From Acidobacteriota bacterium (lineage in GTDB: Bacteria > Acidobacteriota > Vicinamibacteria > Vicinamibacterales > UBA2999): 64,000 nucleotides of DNA. Under the pieces are notes generated by a model. That model was not told where the DNA came from. It made no database searches and saw only the letters and a list, made by a program, of their open reading frames with translations. The DNA lies in assembly GCA_016213695.1 (NCBI GenBank), contig JACQZV010000002.1:770-64769 (forward strand). Direction: 5' to 3'. Made by a program: the position numbers and the translations under genes. Below are positions 41,821 to 50,320 of this stretch, piece by piece. Positions within the stretch are counted from its first letter, which is position 1. The number at the start of each line of letters is the position of its first letter.

Positions 41821-42423
41821 ATGAAGACACTGATGCTTGCGCTTGTGTTATTCCCGGCCCTTACCCTGAGCAGCGTCAAAGCGCAGGAGGCGGCCGAGGT
41901 TCGCAAAATATTCGAGGCGGGACACTACCAGCAGGTCGTGGACATCGCCGCCGCCGATGCCGCGCCGGCGGTCGTGTATACCGCGGCCCAGAGCCACCAG
42001 AAGCTCGGCGCCAGCGACCAGGCGCGCGTCTCGTACGCGCAGCTCACCGACAGGCCCGAGGAGGATCCGTGGCACTTCATCGGCCTCTCCGGGCAGCAAT
42101 TGCTCGACGGCGACACCGGCGCGGCGCTCGAGTCGGCGCGGCAGGCGATTGGCCTTGCGGGCACGCTGCCCGAAGCGCACTACCAGCTGGGGCTCGTGCT
42201 GGCCAGGCGCGAGGACTGGCGCGGCGCAGCGGACGCGTTCGACCGCGCGGCGCAGCTCAACCCGGGGCTGGCCTACGCCCACTACTACGGCGGCCTCATG
42301 CACTACCGCGCCGGACGTCCCGACCGGATGGCCATTGCGTTTGAAACCTTCCTGAAGCTGGCACCCGAAGCGCCCGAACGCCCCGAGGTACTGCAGATCA
42401 TGCGGACGGTGCGCGGGCGCTGA
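41821..42423 (+). CDS. secreted TPR-repeat protein
   Basis: 200 aa with signal peptide LMLALVLFPALTLSSVKAQ. It has TPR-like helical pairs (AHYQLGLVLARREDWRGAADAFDRAAQLNP, AYAHYYGGLMHYRAG). Confidence 0.75.
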   Translation: MKTLMLALVLFPALTLSSVKAQEAAEVRKIFEAGHYQQVVDIAAADAAPAVVYTAAQSHQKLGASDQARVSYAQLTDRPEEDPWHFIGLSGQQLLDGDTGAALESARQAIGLAGTLPEAHYQLGLVLARREDWRGAADAFDRAAQLNPGLAYAHYYGGLMHYRAGRPDRMAIAFETFLKLAPEAPERPEVLQIMRTVRGR

Positions 42424-42521
42424 CGCGGGCGTTGAACCGGGTACCTGAGAACCCACGAACCGGAACCCGGGCACCTGAGCACCAGAGCAACCCGAGAACC
42501 GCTCCAGGCTCAGGCGAAAGC

Positions 42522-45500
42522 CTAGAACGCCTGCCCGATTCCGAACGTCCACCGCGTAGACGCTGCCGGCAATCCCCACATCGTCTTCGCGTAATCGGCG
42601 CGCAGCAGCGCAAACGGCGTGGCGAGGCGTACGCCGACGCCAAGAGAGCCGACCAGGTCGCGCAGGCTCGCATCGCCTGGCCGTGTGAAGACGTTGCCGG
42701 CGTCGATGAAGCCGACGCCCCTCACCCACCGGTAGATCGGCAGCCGCACTTCCTGATTGACGACGATCATCGCGCGGCCGCCCGTGGCATCACCAAAGAA
42801 GTCGCGCCCCCCCAGGGTGCCTTCCGCGACGCCGCGAACGCTGCGCGACCCCCCCGCGAAGAACCGTTCCGAGGGAATCAGCTCCTGCCCTCCGAGCGGA
42901 ACGACCACGCCGAACCGCGCGGCCGAGGCGAACACCGCGCTCCGCCACGGCCTGAAGTAGTACGCCTGCTGCAGCTGCCGCACGAAGCGGATGTCGGAGC
43001 CCGCCATCTCGGGCGCGAACTCGACGGTTGACGACGTGAACAGACCGCGCGTCGTATCGGTGGGATCGTCGCGCGTATCCCACGCGGCGGCCGCGTTCAG
43101 TCGGGCGATGTTGATCGTAAGGTCGAACGCCAGTCCGCCGCTGTCGGTCGGCTTGGTATCGAACGTGTGGTTCCGTTCGAACGTGTAGGCGTACGACAGG
43201 CTGAGGCTCCTGGCGACGCGCGTGCGCTGCTCCCAGGTCGCGCTCGTGCGGCTCGTGACGAGGGACGCCGACTGAAATTCCTCCCGCGACCGCTCCCCGA
43301 TGAGCGACGACTCGATCGGCAGGCCAAGGAAGGTCGGCGTGTTCAGGAACGCGCGGCCGCGCTGCTCGCGCCGCTGCAGGCCGATGGCCGTGCCCACCGT
43401 CATCGCGCGGCCGAAGAGCGTCCGCCGGGTCAGATCGGCCGACACGCCGGGCACCAGCTCGCGGTGCTCGAGACTGTTCCCGGGCCGCTCCTCGGCCACG
43501 ACAAAGCCGTACCGGAGGCGCAGCGCGGGCCATTCCTCGACGGTGACCCGCAGCCGCACCGGCGCGACGCCGGCCGCCGCCGGCTCCACCGTCTCGGAGG
43601 CGACATCGACCCGCCGGAACAACCCGGTGCCGGACACACGCGACCGCGCCTGGAGCACATCGGCGGCCCGGAGCGGCTCGTCCAGCGGCAGGGCGAGCGC
43701 GCGGAGGATCACGTCGGAGTCGATGGCGCGATTACCGGCGATGACCACCTCGTGGAGCGTCTGCCGCGGGCCTTCCTGGATCGCGAACGTGACGTCGACC
43801 AGGGGGGCGCCCGGATCGAGCCGTCCGCGGACGCCCACCGTGGCGGCGGCGAACCCCTCGCGCCGGTAGAGCGCGGTCAGGCGGTCGCGGGCGTCTTCGA
43901 GCGCCGCCGGATCGTAGGGCATCCCCTCCCTCAGCGCGGTGGCGTCACCGAGCGCCTGCCGCGTCACGAGCGCCGCCCCGTCAAAGGTGAGGCTGGAGAT
44001 CGTGACAACCGCACCGGCATCGACGGTCACCGGCAGCGTCGCCGTCGCGCCGGCGAAGAGCGGCGCACCCGCCCGGACCCGCGCCCGCGCATAGCCTTCC
44101 GCTCGCATGGAATCCGCGGTTGCGCGCTCGCCGCCGCCCGGATCGCCGAGCGCGCGATCGGCCAGCCCCAGCCGGCCGAGCTGGGCCATGATGTCCGCCG
44201 CCAGCCGCTCGGGCGCTCCATCGATGCGAACGGCAGTCTGCATCGTGCGCACGCCGGGATCGACCGCCAGCTCGAGCGTCCTGGTCGCGCCGTCCTCGCG
44301 CACGCGCGCGTCGATCGACGGCTGCAGATAGCCGCGGCGCCCGAGGTGATCGCGGACGACCTGCCGCGCCTCGTCGATCAGGAACTCGTCAAACACCGAC
44401 TGGACCCACGCGGTCTCCAGGCGCGAGCGGAGCGCCGGGTCGAGGTCGATACCGGTGGCGGCGATCCGCGTCGCCGGGCCGGCGGCGATCACGTAACTCA
44501 GCGCTATCCCGGCGGCGGCCTCCAGCCGGCGCGCCGTGACACGCGCGGTGAGGTAGCCCTCGCTCCGGTAGAGCGTGTCGAGCCGATCGCGGTCGGCCTG
44601 CCAGCGCGCGAAATCGAAGCGCGCGCCCGGACGAAGGCGCAGCGTGTCGCGCACGCGCGCCTCGGGCAGCGCGAGCTCGCCGGACACGTCGACGCCCGTC
44701 ACGCGCGCGGCCTCCCGCCGCGGCGGCCGGCCGGCCGGCTCGCCCGCACGGAGTCCACCGCCGAACGCCACATCGTGGCGGAATCCGTACGACCGCAAGT
44801 CCTTGTCATCCGACACCAGGCGCAACTCGAGGCCTCGGGCCGGCAGGTAGTCGACGATCCAGGTTTGCGCGGCGCTCTCGCGCAGGCTTTGCGAGAACGT
44901 CACGTCGACGTCCGGACCGAGGCTCTTGCCGAACGTCACCCGCGTGGTCGGATCCAGCTCGGTCGCGACCGCCGTCGGGTCGCGCCGCACGGCCGTGTTC
45001 TCCACGCCGCCGAGCCGCAGCGTGTCGAGACCGACGGCCCGGCTGGCAAACCCGAGCACCTCGGCCGAGAAGTTGCCGAGCACCTGCGTGCCGACAAACG
45101 CCGCGTCGCCCGGGGTGAGATCCTCGAGGCGCCGTCCCGTCAGCAGCAGCGAGGCCAGCTCCGCCTGCCCGAGGTCGGGACTCGACGTGGAGCGCAGATC
45201 GACCGTCGGGCTTTCGGCCGGGCCGGTGATGGCGACCTGGATCTCTTCCCCGCCCGCCCGGGTGGACGCCTCGACGTTCAGGGTCGGTTCAATCGCCACG
45301 GGGTTCGCAAAATCAATCGCGCCGGCGCCCACCGTATAGACATTCCGGCCGACGAAGAGCTGCCCGCCCTCGCGCAGCTCGGCGCGCCCCGACAGCACCG
45401 GCGCCGCGGCCGTGCCGGCCACGCGCAGGTCGCCGCCGATTTGAAACCGGCCGTAGTTGTTGTCGACGAACACGTCCTCGTCGGTCACCACGCGCACGTC

Positions 45501-48500
45501 GAGTACGAGGGCGTCGAGAAGCGCCGACGGCTCGCCTGTGGCTGCGAGCCGCCGCGCGCGCAAACCGGCAAGCAGACCCGTCACGACTGCCAGCGGCTCG
45601 CGATACGCGCCGCGCAGCACCGTCACCGTGCCCGACAGCTCCCCGGCGTAGGTGGGGCGGGTCCCGCTCGCGTCGAGAGCCGTCGCGCGCGGACCCGCCG
45701 ATTCCGCCGCTTGCAACTCGAGCGAGGCGTCGAGCTCGCTTCGAAGCCCGGGCGGATAGTCGAGCGCCATGCCCTTGATGTCCGCCGAGAGCTGCGCCTC
45801 AAGTCCCTGCACCGCGCCGTAGTCGATCGTCCCGCTGCCGGTGAGGGCGCCCCCGTTGACCGATCCAGCCAGGGTCGTGATGCGCGCGGTGGTGCGGGTC
45901 AGCACGGTGCGAACCGTCAGGTCCGAGACGAGCACCCGCGGATCGCTCAGGCGAAGTTCACCGTCGGAGACGAGCAGGTCGCCATCGACACGCGGACTAT
46001 CGATGGGGCCCGTGATCGACAACCGGGGCTCGAGCCGGCCCGCGGTCGAGAGTCCCGCACCGCGCAGAAACGGCGTCAGCAGGCGGAGGTCGACGACGCC
46101 GTTGGCGAGAATCGCCGCCTGCCGGTCCTCGAGCCGCACCTGCCCGCGCACGGCGAGCGTGGCGCCCTGCCCCACCCACTCCCACGCCTCGACGCGCGCG
46201 AATCCGTCGCGCGCGACGAGGCGCGTCGGAACCCGCTGCGTCACCGGCAGATCGGCGACGCGCAGGTCGAAGCGATCGATGCGCAGCTCTCCGGTGAGAT
46301 CGGCGAGATTCCGCGTGGCGGTTGTGGCATCCAGCGAGACGTCCACCGACCCGGTGACCTCGTCGAGCGTCCCCGGCTCGGCAAACGGCGACAGCACCGC
46401 GGGGGTGAGGGTGGTGGCGCGCGCGTGCACGTCGGCATCGCCGGCCGGACCCGGTTGCCCCGTGAGCAGCGACAGCGGGGCTCGGCCGGTGACCGCGAGC
46501 CGCGCGCCTTCATACGCCGCGACGCCCTCGCGCAGCTCGAGCCAGCCGTCCTCAGCGTGCGCTCGCACGCGAACGCCGGTCACCGGAGGTCCATCCTGCA
46601 GCGCCAGCGATCCGGGTCCCACATCGAGATCCGCGGCGATCTCGGGCCGCTGGACCGTGCCGGTCACGCGCGCCAGCAGCGCCACCGGCCCGCTGCCGCC
46701 ACCCAGATAAGAGTCCTCAAACACGCCCGCGGCCATCGCGGCGCGTATGACCTCATCGATATTGCCGGTCGCGGTCAGCAGAACGGCCGGCGCATCGGTC
46801 GCCGGGTCGAACACCGGCAGCGAGCCGGTGGCGGAGATGCTCATGTCACCGGCCGCGACGTCGAGCCGCTCGATGTGCGCGCGCTCGTCCTCATAGCGCA
46901 GGCGCGCCGGCGCGGCCAGATCCACCGCCAGGTCGCCCACCTTCGCCTCGAGCACGGCCACGTCGAGCGTGGCCGCGCCGCGGCGCCACGCCTGGAGCGC
47001 CAGATCGCCGTGCGCGCTGAACGTGGTCGTCCCGGTCACGGCGGCGGGGATCTGGACAAACGGCGTGAAGCGCGAGAGGTCCAACGCCTCCGCGTGTGCC
47101 TCGAAGGTCGTCTGATAGGGTGCGTCGATGACGATGCGACCGCTGGCGGTCGCCGCGAATTCCGGCGCGCGCGCCATGATGCTGGCCGCCCGGCCGTCGA
47201 GCTCGACCGACGCGTCGAGACGGCCAAGGGCAACTTCGCGCCATCTGGCATCTCGGACGACCAGCGACCCGTTCCCGCTCGGCTGCTCCCTGGTGCCTTC
47301 GCCGGTCACGCGGACATCGACCGCCCCGGAGACCGGGCGATCGGCAGTCGGCGTCAGCCTCCACTGCGACCCTTCCGCCGACGCGGTGAACTGGTCGGTG
47401 ACCAGGTTGTACGTACCCGTCGCCCGCAGCGAGCCACCGGCATCCGGCTGCTTCGCGGCAGCCTCATCGATGACGACGAGGGATGCCGGGCGCGGACCCG
47501 CAGCGTTGGTCAGCCGGCCGGCCACCTGCACGTCGCGCAGCGCCTGCTCCGCGACGACCGCCTCGGGTGCTGTGATCTGAAACTCGAGCCGCGACGCCAG
47601 CGGCCGGCCCGTGACCTCCGCCTGCAGCAGCGCCACGTCAATCTGTGAGGCCAGCACACGGTGCACGACCGCATGGGCCTCCACCGTGGGATCCTCGACG
47701 CGGCCGGCGACGCGGACGTCCGCTTCGAGGCTGCCGCGCTCGAGGACGTCCCCCGCGTCGGCGATGCCGGTCGTTCGCAGCACGCGAACGAGGTCCGGCA
47801 GATCCGTTTCATCGACGTGGGCCGTGCCGTCGATGACGTGGTCCAGGGTGCCGCTGAGTGCGACGGTCACCTTCGCCACACCGCCAACCACCTGATGCCC
47901 GTCGAGCCGCCACCGCCCCTCGTTCAGCGCGACGGCGGCATCGCCCGAGAGTGCCAGTCGTCCGCGCGCGTTGCGACCGGCCGTCATCGCCAGACGTGCC
48001 GAGGCCGACCAGCGCGCGAGGTCGGCGCCGCGCCCGGCCGCCTCGAGGTCGCCTGAAAGCCGCCCCGCCGGCACGACCCCGGCCTCCGGCGCCAGCGCCA
48101 GCGTCGCCGCGGCTGCGTCCACCCCGGCGATCGAAGCGGCGATCCGTCCGTCCCCGTCGGCGCCAGACGGGATCCTTCCGCTCGCCGTCACCCGGCCGCC
48201 GCCGAACCCGCCCGTCAGTTCTTCCAGCGCCGCGCCACTCGACGTGACGACCGCGCGCGCGGCGAGATCGCTCGCCGTGATGCCCTGCCATGCGAGCGTG
48301 GCGGACGCGACGTTCACCCGCGTCTCGAGGCGGTCGAGCGCACCGCTCGCGTCCACCTCGAACATCACGTCCCCGCGTGGCAGCTCGCCGTTGACGACGA
48401 CCCACCGGGTGAGCCGCGTGACGTTCACGCTGCCGCGCGCGTGGAGATTCAGCGAGGGCTCGCGCGCCAGCAGACTGATCGCACCGTCGAGCTGCGCCGA

Positions 48501-49175
48501 GCCCTCGTCGGCGCGTACCTGGAGGTTCGCCAGGTGCAGCGCGCGGCCGTCGAAGCTGGCCGCACCGTCCACGTGCGAGATGCGCGTGAGCTGTGCCTCG
48601 TTGTAGAACTGCGCGGGCGCGCCGAATCTGACGTAGCCGTCGGCGCCTGGCGTCAGCCGGAGTGCGATCGCAGGCATCCAGAGAAACGTGCCGGTCCGCT
48701 CGTTGCGGATGTCGATGGCGAGCTGCGGGATGTCTATCCGCGCCACCCGCAGCGGTGCGGGCTCGCCGCCCGGGGCCTGCGAAGCGCGCGGGAGATTCGA
48801 GGTGCCGTCCTCCCGCAGCCTGACGAGGATCCGCGCGTTCATCGCGCCGATCTCGAGGAACCTCAGGTCGCCGGACACCGCCCGCCACGGCAGCGTCACC
48901 GACACGTAGTCGGCGATGACGAACGGGTCGTCCGGCGAGTCGATCGCGGAGACACGCAGGCCGGCCAGCCCGAGGCGCAGCGCGGCGAGGTTGTAGTCCA
49001 GCCGGAGGGCCGCGACGCGCAGGCCGTACCGCTCTTCAACCACGCGCACGGCGTACCGGAGCGCGGCCGCGCGGACAAACGGCGCGTGCAGCAGCAGGAT
49101 GCCCAGCAACCCCGCCGCCGCGAGGACGGCGGTCGCCAGAACGAAGCGGCGCCGGAACAATGGCCGGAAACGCAT
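42522..49175 (-). CDS. 2,217-aa fusion protein: TamB/AsmA-like module (with DUF490-like end) plus five POTRA-like repeats plus Omp85-family beta-barrel
   Basis: Single uninterrupted ORF. The N-terminal signal anchor is RRRFVLATAVLAAAGLLGILLL. The DUF490-like block spans about aa 1236-1470 (AGTAAAPVLSGRAELREGGQLFVGRNVYTVGAGAIDFANP...ITGPAESPTVDLRSTSSPDLGQAELASLLLTGR). POTRA-like repeats span about aa 1490-1880. The barrel spans about aa 1880-2217 (GGSRSVRGV...VGFIDAGNVF...LRADYAKTMW...TFGIGQAF). Confidence 0.85.
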   Translation of the reverse strand: MRFRPLFRRRFVLATAVLAAAGLLGILLLHAPFVRAAALRYAVRVVEERYGLRVAALRLDYNLAALRLGLAGLRVSAIDSPDDPFVIADYVSVTLPWRAVSGDLRFLEIGAMNARILVRLREDGTSNLPRASQAPGGEPAPLRVARIDIPQLAIDIRNERTGTFLWMPAIALRLTPGADGYVRFGAPAQFYNEAQLTRISHVDGAASFDGRALHLANLQVRADEGSAQLDGAISLLAREPSLNLHARGSVNVTRLTRWVVVNGELPRGDVMFEVDASGALDRLETRVNVASATLAWQGITASDLAARAVVTSSGAALEELTGGFGGGRVTASGRIPSGADGDGRIAASIAGVDAAAATLALAPEAGVVPAGRLSGDLEAAGRGADLARWSASARLAMTAGRNARGRLALSGDAAVALNEGRWRLDGHQVVGGVAKVTVALSGTLDHVIDGTAHVDETDLPDLVRVLRTTGIADAGDVLERGSLEADVRVAGRVEDPTVEAHAVVHRVLASQIDVALLQAEVTGRPLASRLEFQITAPEAVVAEQALRDVQVAGRLTNAAGPRPASLVVIDEAAAKQPDAGGSLRATGTYNLVTDQFTASAEGSQWRLTPTADRPVSGAVDVRVTGEGTREQPSGNGSLVVRDARWREVALGRLDASVELDGRAASIMARAPEFAATASGRIVIDAPYQTTFEAHAEALDLSRFTPFVQIPAAVTGTTTFSAHGDLALQAWRRGAATLDVAVLEAKVGDLAVDLAAPARLRYEDERAHIERLDVAAGDMSISATGSLPVFDPATDAPAVLLTATGNIDEVIRAAMAAGVFEDSYLGGGSGPVALLARVTGTVQRPEIAADLDVGPGSLALQDGPPVTGVRVRAHAEDGWLELREGVAAYEGARLAVTGRAPLSLLTGQPGPAGDADVHARATTLTPAVLSPFAEPGTLDEVTGSVDVSLDATTATRNLADLTGELRIDRFDLRVADLPVTQRVPTRLVARDGFARVEAWEWVGQGATLAVRGQVRLEDRQAAILANGVVDLRLLTPFLRGAGLSTAGRLEPRLSITGPIDSPRVDGDLLVSDGELRLSDPRVLVSDLTVRTVLTRTTARITTLAGSVNGGALTGSGTIDYGAVQGLEAQLSADIKGMALDYPPGLRSELDASLELQAAESAGPRATALDASGTRPTYAGELSGTVTVLRGAYREPLAVVTGLLAGLRARRLAATGEPSALLDALVLDVRVVTDEDVFVDNNYGRFQIGGDLRVAGTAAAPVLSGRAELREGGQLFVGRNVYTVGAGAIDFANPVAIEPTLNVEASTRAGGEEIQVAITGPAESPTVDLRSTSSPDLGQAELASLLLTGRRLEDLTPGDAAFVGTQVLGNFSAEVLGFASRAVGLDTLRLGGVENTAVRRDPTAVATELDPTTRVTFGKSLGPDVDVTFSQSLRESAAQTWIVDYLPARGLELRLVSDDKDLRSYGFRHDVAFGGGLRAGEPAGRPPRREAARVTGVDVSGELALPEARVRDTLRLRPGARFDFARWQADRDRLDTLYRSEGYLTARVTARRLEAAAGIALSYVIAAGPATRIAATGIDLDPALRSRLETAWVQSVFDEFLIDEARQVVRDHLGRRGYLQPSIDARVREDGATRTLELAVDPGVRTMQTAVRIDGAPERLAADIMAQLGRLGLADRALGDPGGGERATADSMRAEGYARARVRAGAPLFAGATATLPVTVDAGAVVTISSLTFDGAALVTRQALGDATALREGMPYDPAALEDARDRLTALYRREGFAAATVGVRGRLDPGAPLVDVTFAIQEGPRQTLHEVVIAGNRAIDSDVILRALALPLDEPLRAADVLQARSRVSGTGLFRRVDVASETVEPAAAGVAPVRLRVTVEEWPALRLRYGFVVAEERPGNSLEHRELVPGVSADLTRRTLFGRAMTVGTAIGLQRREQRGRAFLNTPTFLGLPIESSLIGERSREEFQSASLVTSRTSATWEQRTRVARSLSLSYAYTFERNHTFDTKPTDSGGLAFDLTINIARLNAAAAWDTRDDPTDTTRGLFTSSTVEFAPEMAGSDIRFVRQLQQAYYFRPWRSAVFASAARFGVVVPLGGQELIPSERFFAGGSRSVRGVAEGTLGGRDFFGDATGGRAMIVVNQEVRLPIYRWVRGVGFIDAGNVFTRPGDASLRDLVGSLGVGVRLATPFALLRADYAKTMWGLPAASTRWTFGIGQAF

Positions 49176-49211
49176 GAAGAACTGCTGTGCTACCCTACTG
49201 TAATCGCCCGC

Positions 49212-50285
49212 GTGCCCCAGAAAATCACGGCCTCACAGCCGCTCGACCGCACCCTTGAGCTCGAGCCCAAGGCCCGGTTTGACGTCGTCGAGCTGCGATC
49301 CCATTTTGCGGCGGAACACGAGGCGCTTGCAGCCTACCCGCACTGCCTCTACTGGTCCTCGCACACGACCGCCGGCTTTCTCGACCGGAGCCTGGCCACG
49401 CGCCTGACGCCCGACGCGGTCCCGAGCTACCTCGAGGCGTTTCGGGCGCTGTTTCCCGAAGGCGCCGGCTACCAGCACGACCATCTCGAGCGCCGCGACG
49501 ACCTCGACGCCACGCAGCGCATCGTGGAGCCGCGCAACGCCGATTCGCACCTGGCGTTCATCGCGGGCGGCCTGCGCGCGTGCGTGACGCACCCCAACCG
49601 GCCCGGCGAGTCCGTGTTCTTCGTCGACCTCGACGGGGTGGTCGAAGGCAAGCCGCGGCGGCGGCTCGCGCGGCTCATCGGCTTCCACAACGAGCGCCTC
49701 GTCGACACGACGCGCATCGAGGTGCCCGTCTCTGCCCACCCGATCGATTCGGTGAACCTGAAGGATCCGCGCCTCGGCGTCCATCAGCAGCTGGCGGACT
49801 TCGTGGCTCGCGCGGGAGTGGGCAAGGGACGCCTGCGCATCGTGCTCGACCCCTCGGAGCGCCACTCGGCCCTCACCGTCAACGAGTACGAGACGCTGCT
49901 GATGAAACACGACCTGGCGGAGGTCCTGCGGAACCCGCTGAGGTTTTTTGCCGAAAAGAGCCGGCACGCGCTGGCCAATCCGCGCGCCGTCCCCGCCAAG
50001 ACGCTCGGCTACGCGAAGTACGACTTCGTCCGCGTGCTGAACAAGAGCCTCGACACGCTGGGACTGCGCGGATCGATGGTCGAGCGGCTCCTGGCACGGA
50101 CGCTGGCGGTGCCCGCCGCGCGCTTCCTGCGGATGCGCCGGTCGGTCAGCCTCCTCATCTCCGAGCGCCCCGACGGGACGAGCGGACTCGTCGAAGGGAC
50201 GTATCAGAGCCCGATTCTCGTCCAGTGGCAGCGCGCGCCCCGCGCGACCCGCGTCCTCGACGTCACGCTGACCGAACTCAGATAA
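49212..50285 (+). CDS. hypothetical protein with an N-terminal YjbQ/UPF0047-like region
   Basis: 357 aa from GTG 49212, the first start after the divergent giant gene. YWSSHTTAGFLD and YQHDHLE...RNADSHLAFIAGGL resemble the YjbQ HT(S/T)A and Y.HD...(A/S)H(L/I)K motifs. Confidence 0.55.
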   Translation: MPQKITASQPLDRTLELEPKARFDVVELRSHFAAEHEALAAYPHCLYWSSHTTAGFLDRSLATRLTPDAVPSYLEAFRALFPEGAGYQHDHLERRDDLDATQRIVEPRNADSHLAFIAGGLRACVTHPNRPGESVFFVDLDGVVEGKPRRRLARLIGFHNERLVDTTRIEVPVSAHPIDSVNLKDPRLGVHQQLADFVARAGVGKGRLRIVLDPSERHSALTVNEYETLLMKHDLAEVLRNPLRFFAEKSRHALANPRAVPAKTLGYAKYDFVRVLNKSLDTLGLRGSMVERLLARTLAVPAARFLRMRRSVSLLISERPDGTSGLVEGTYQSPILVQWQRAPRATRVLDVTLTELR

Positions 50286-50320
50286 CCACGAAGGCCACGA
50301 CGTGAGCGTCGTGGTTTATC
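50281..50320. terminator. hairpin between convergent genes, built on the CCACGAAG/CCACGACG word
   Basis: The sequence is GATAACCACGAAGGCCACGACG-TGAG-CGTCGTGGTTTATC. The inner stem is a perfect 8 bp and the outer arms GATAACC/GGTTTATC also pair. It overlaps both stop codons (TAA 50283-85 and TAA on minus 50316-18). Confidence 0.5.

Noticed and set aside
42424-42521. Low-complexity GAACC/CCTGAG-rich 98-nt spacer between the TPR gene and the giant gene, considered as another repeat-armed hairpin
   Set aside because: It contains direct repeats (GGTACCTGAGAACC / GGCACCTGAGCACC) but only a weak 7-bp inverted match (CCTGAGC/GCTCAGG) with a long loop. It is not convincingly the same class as the other elements.
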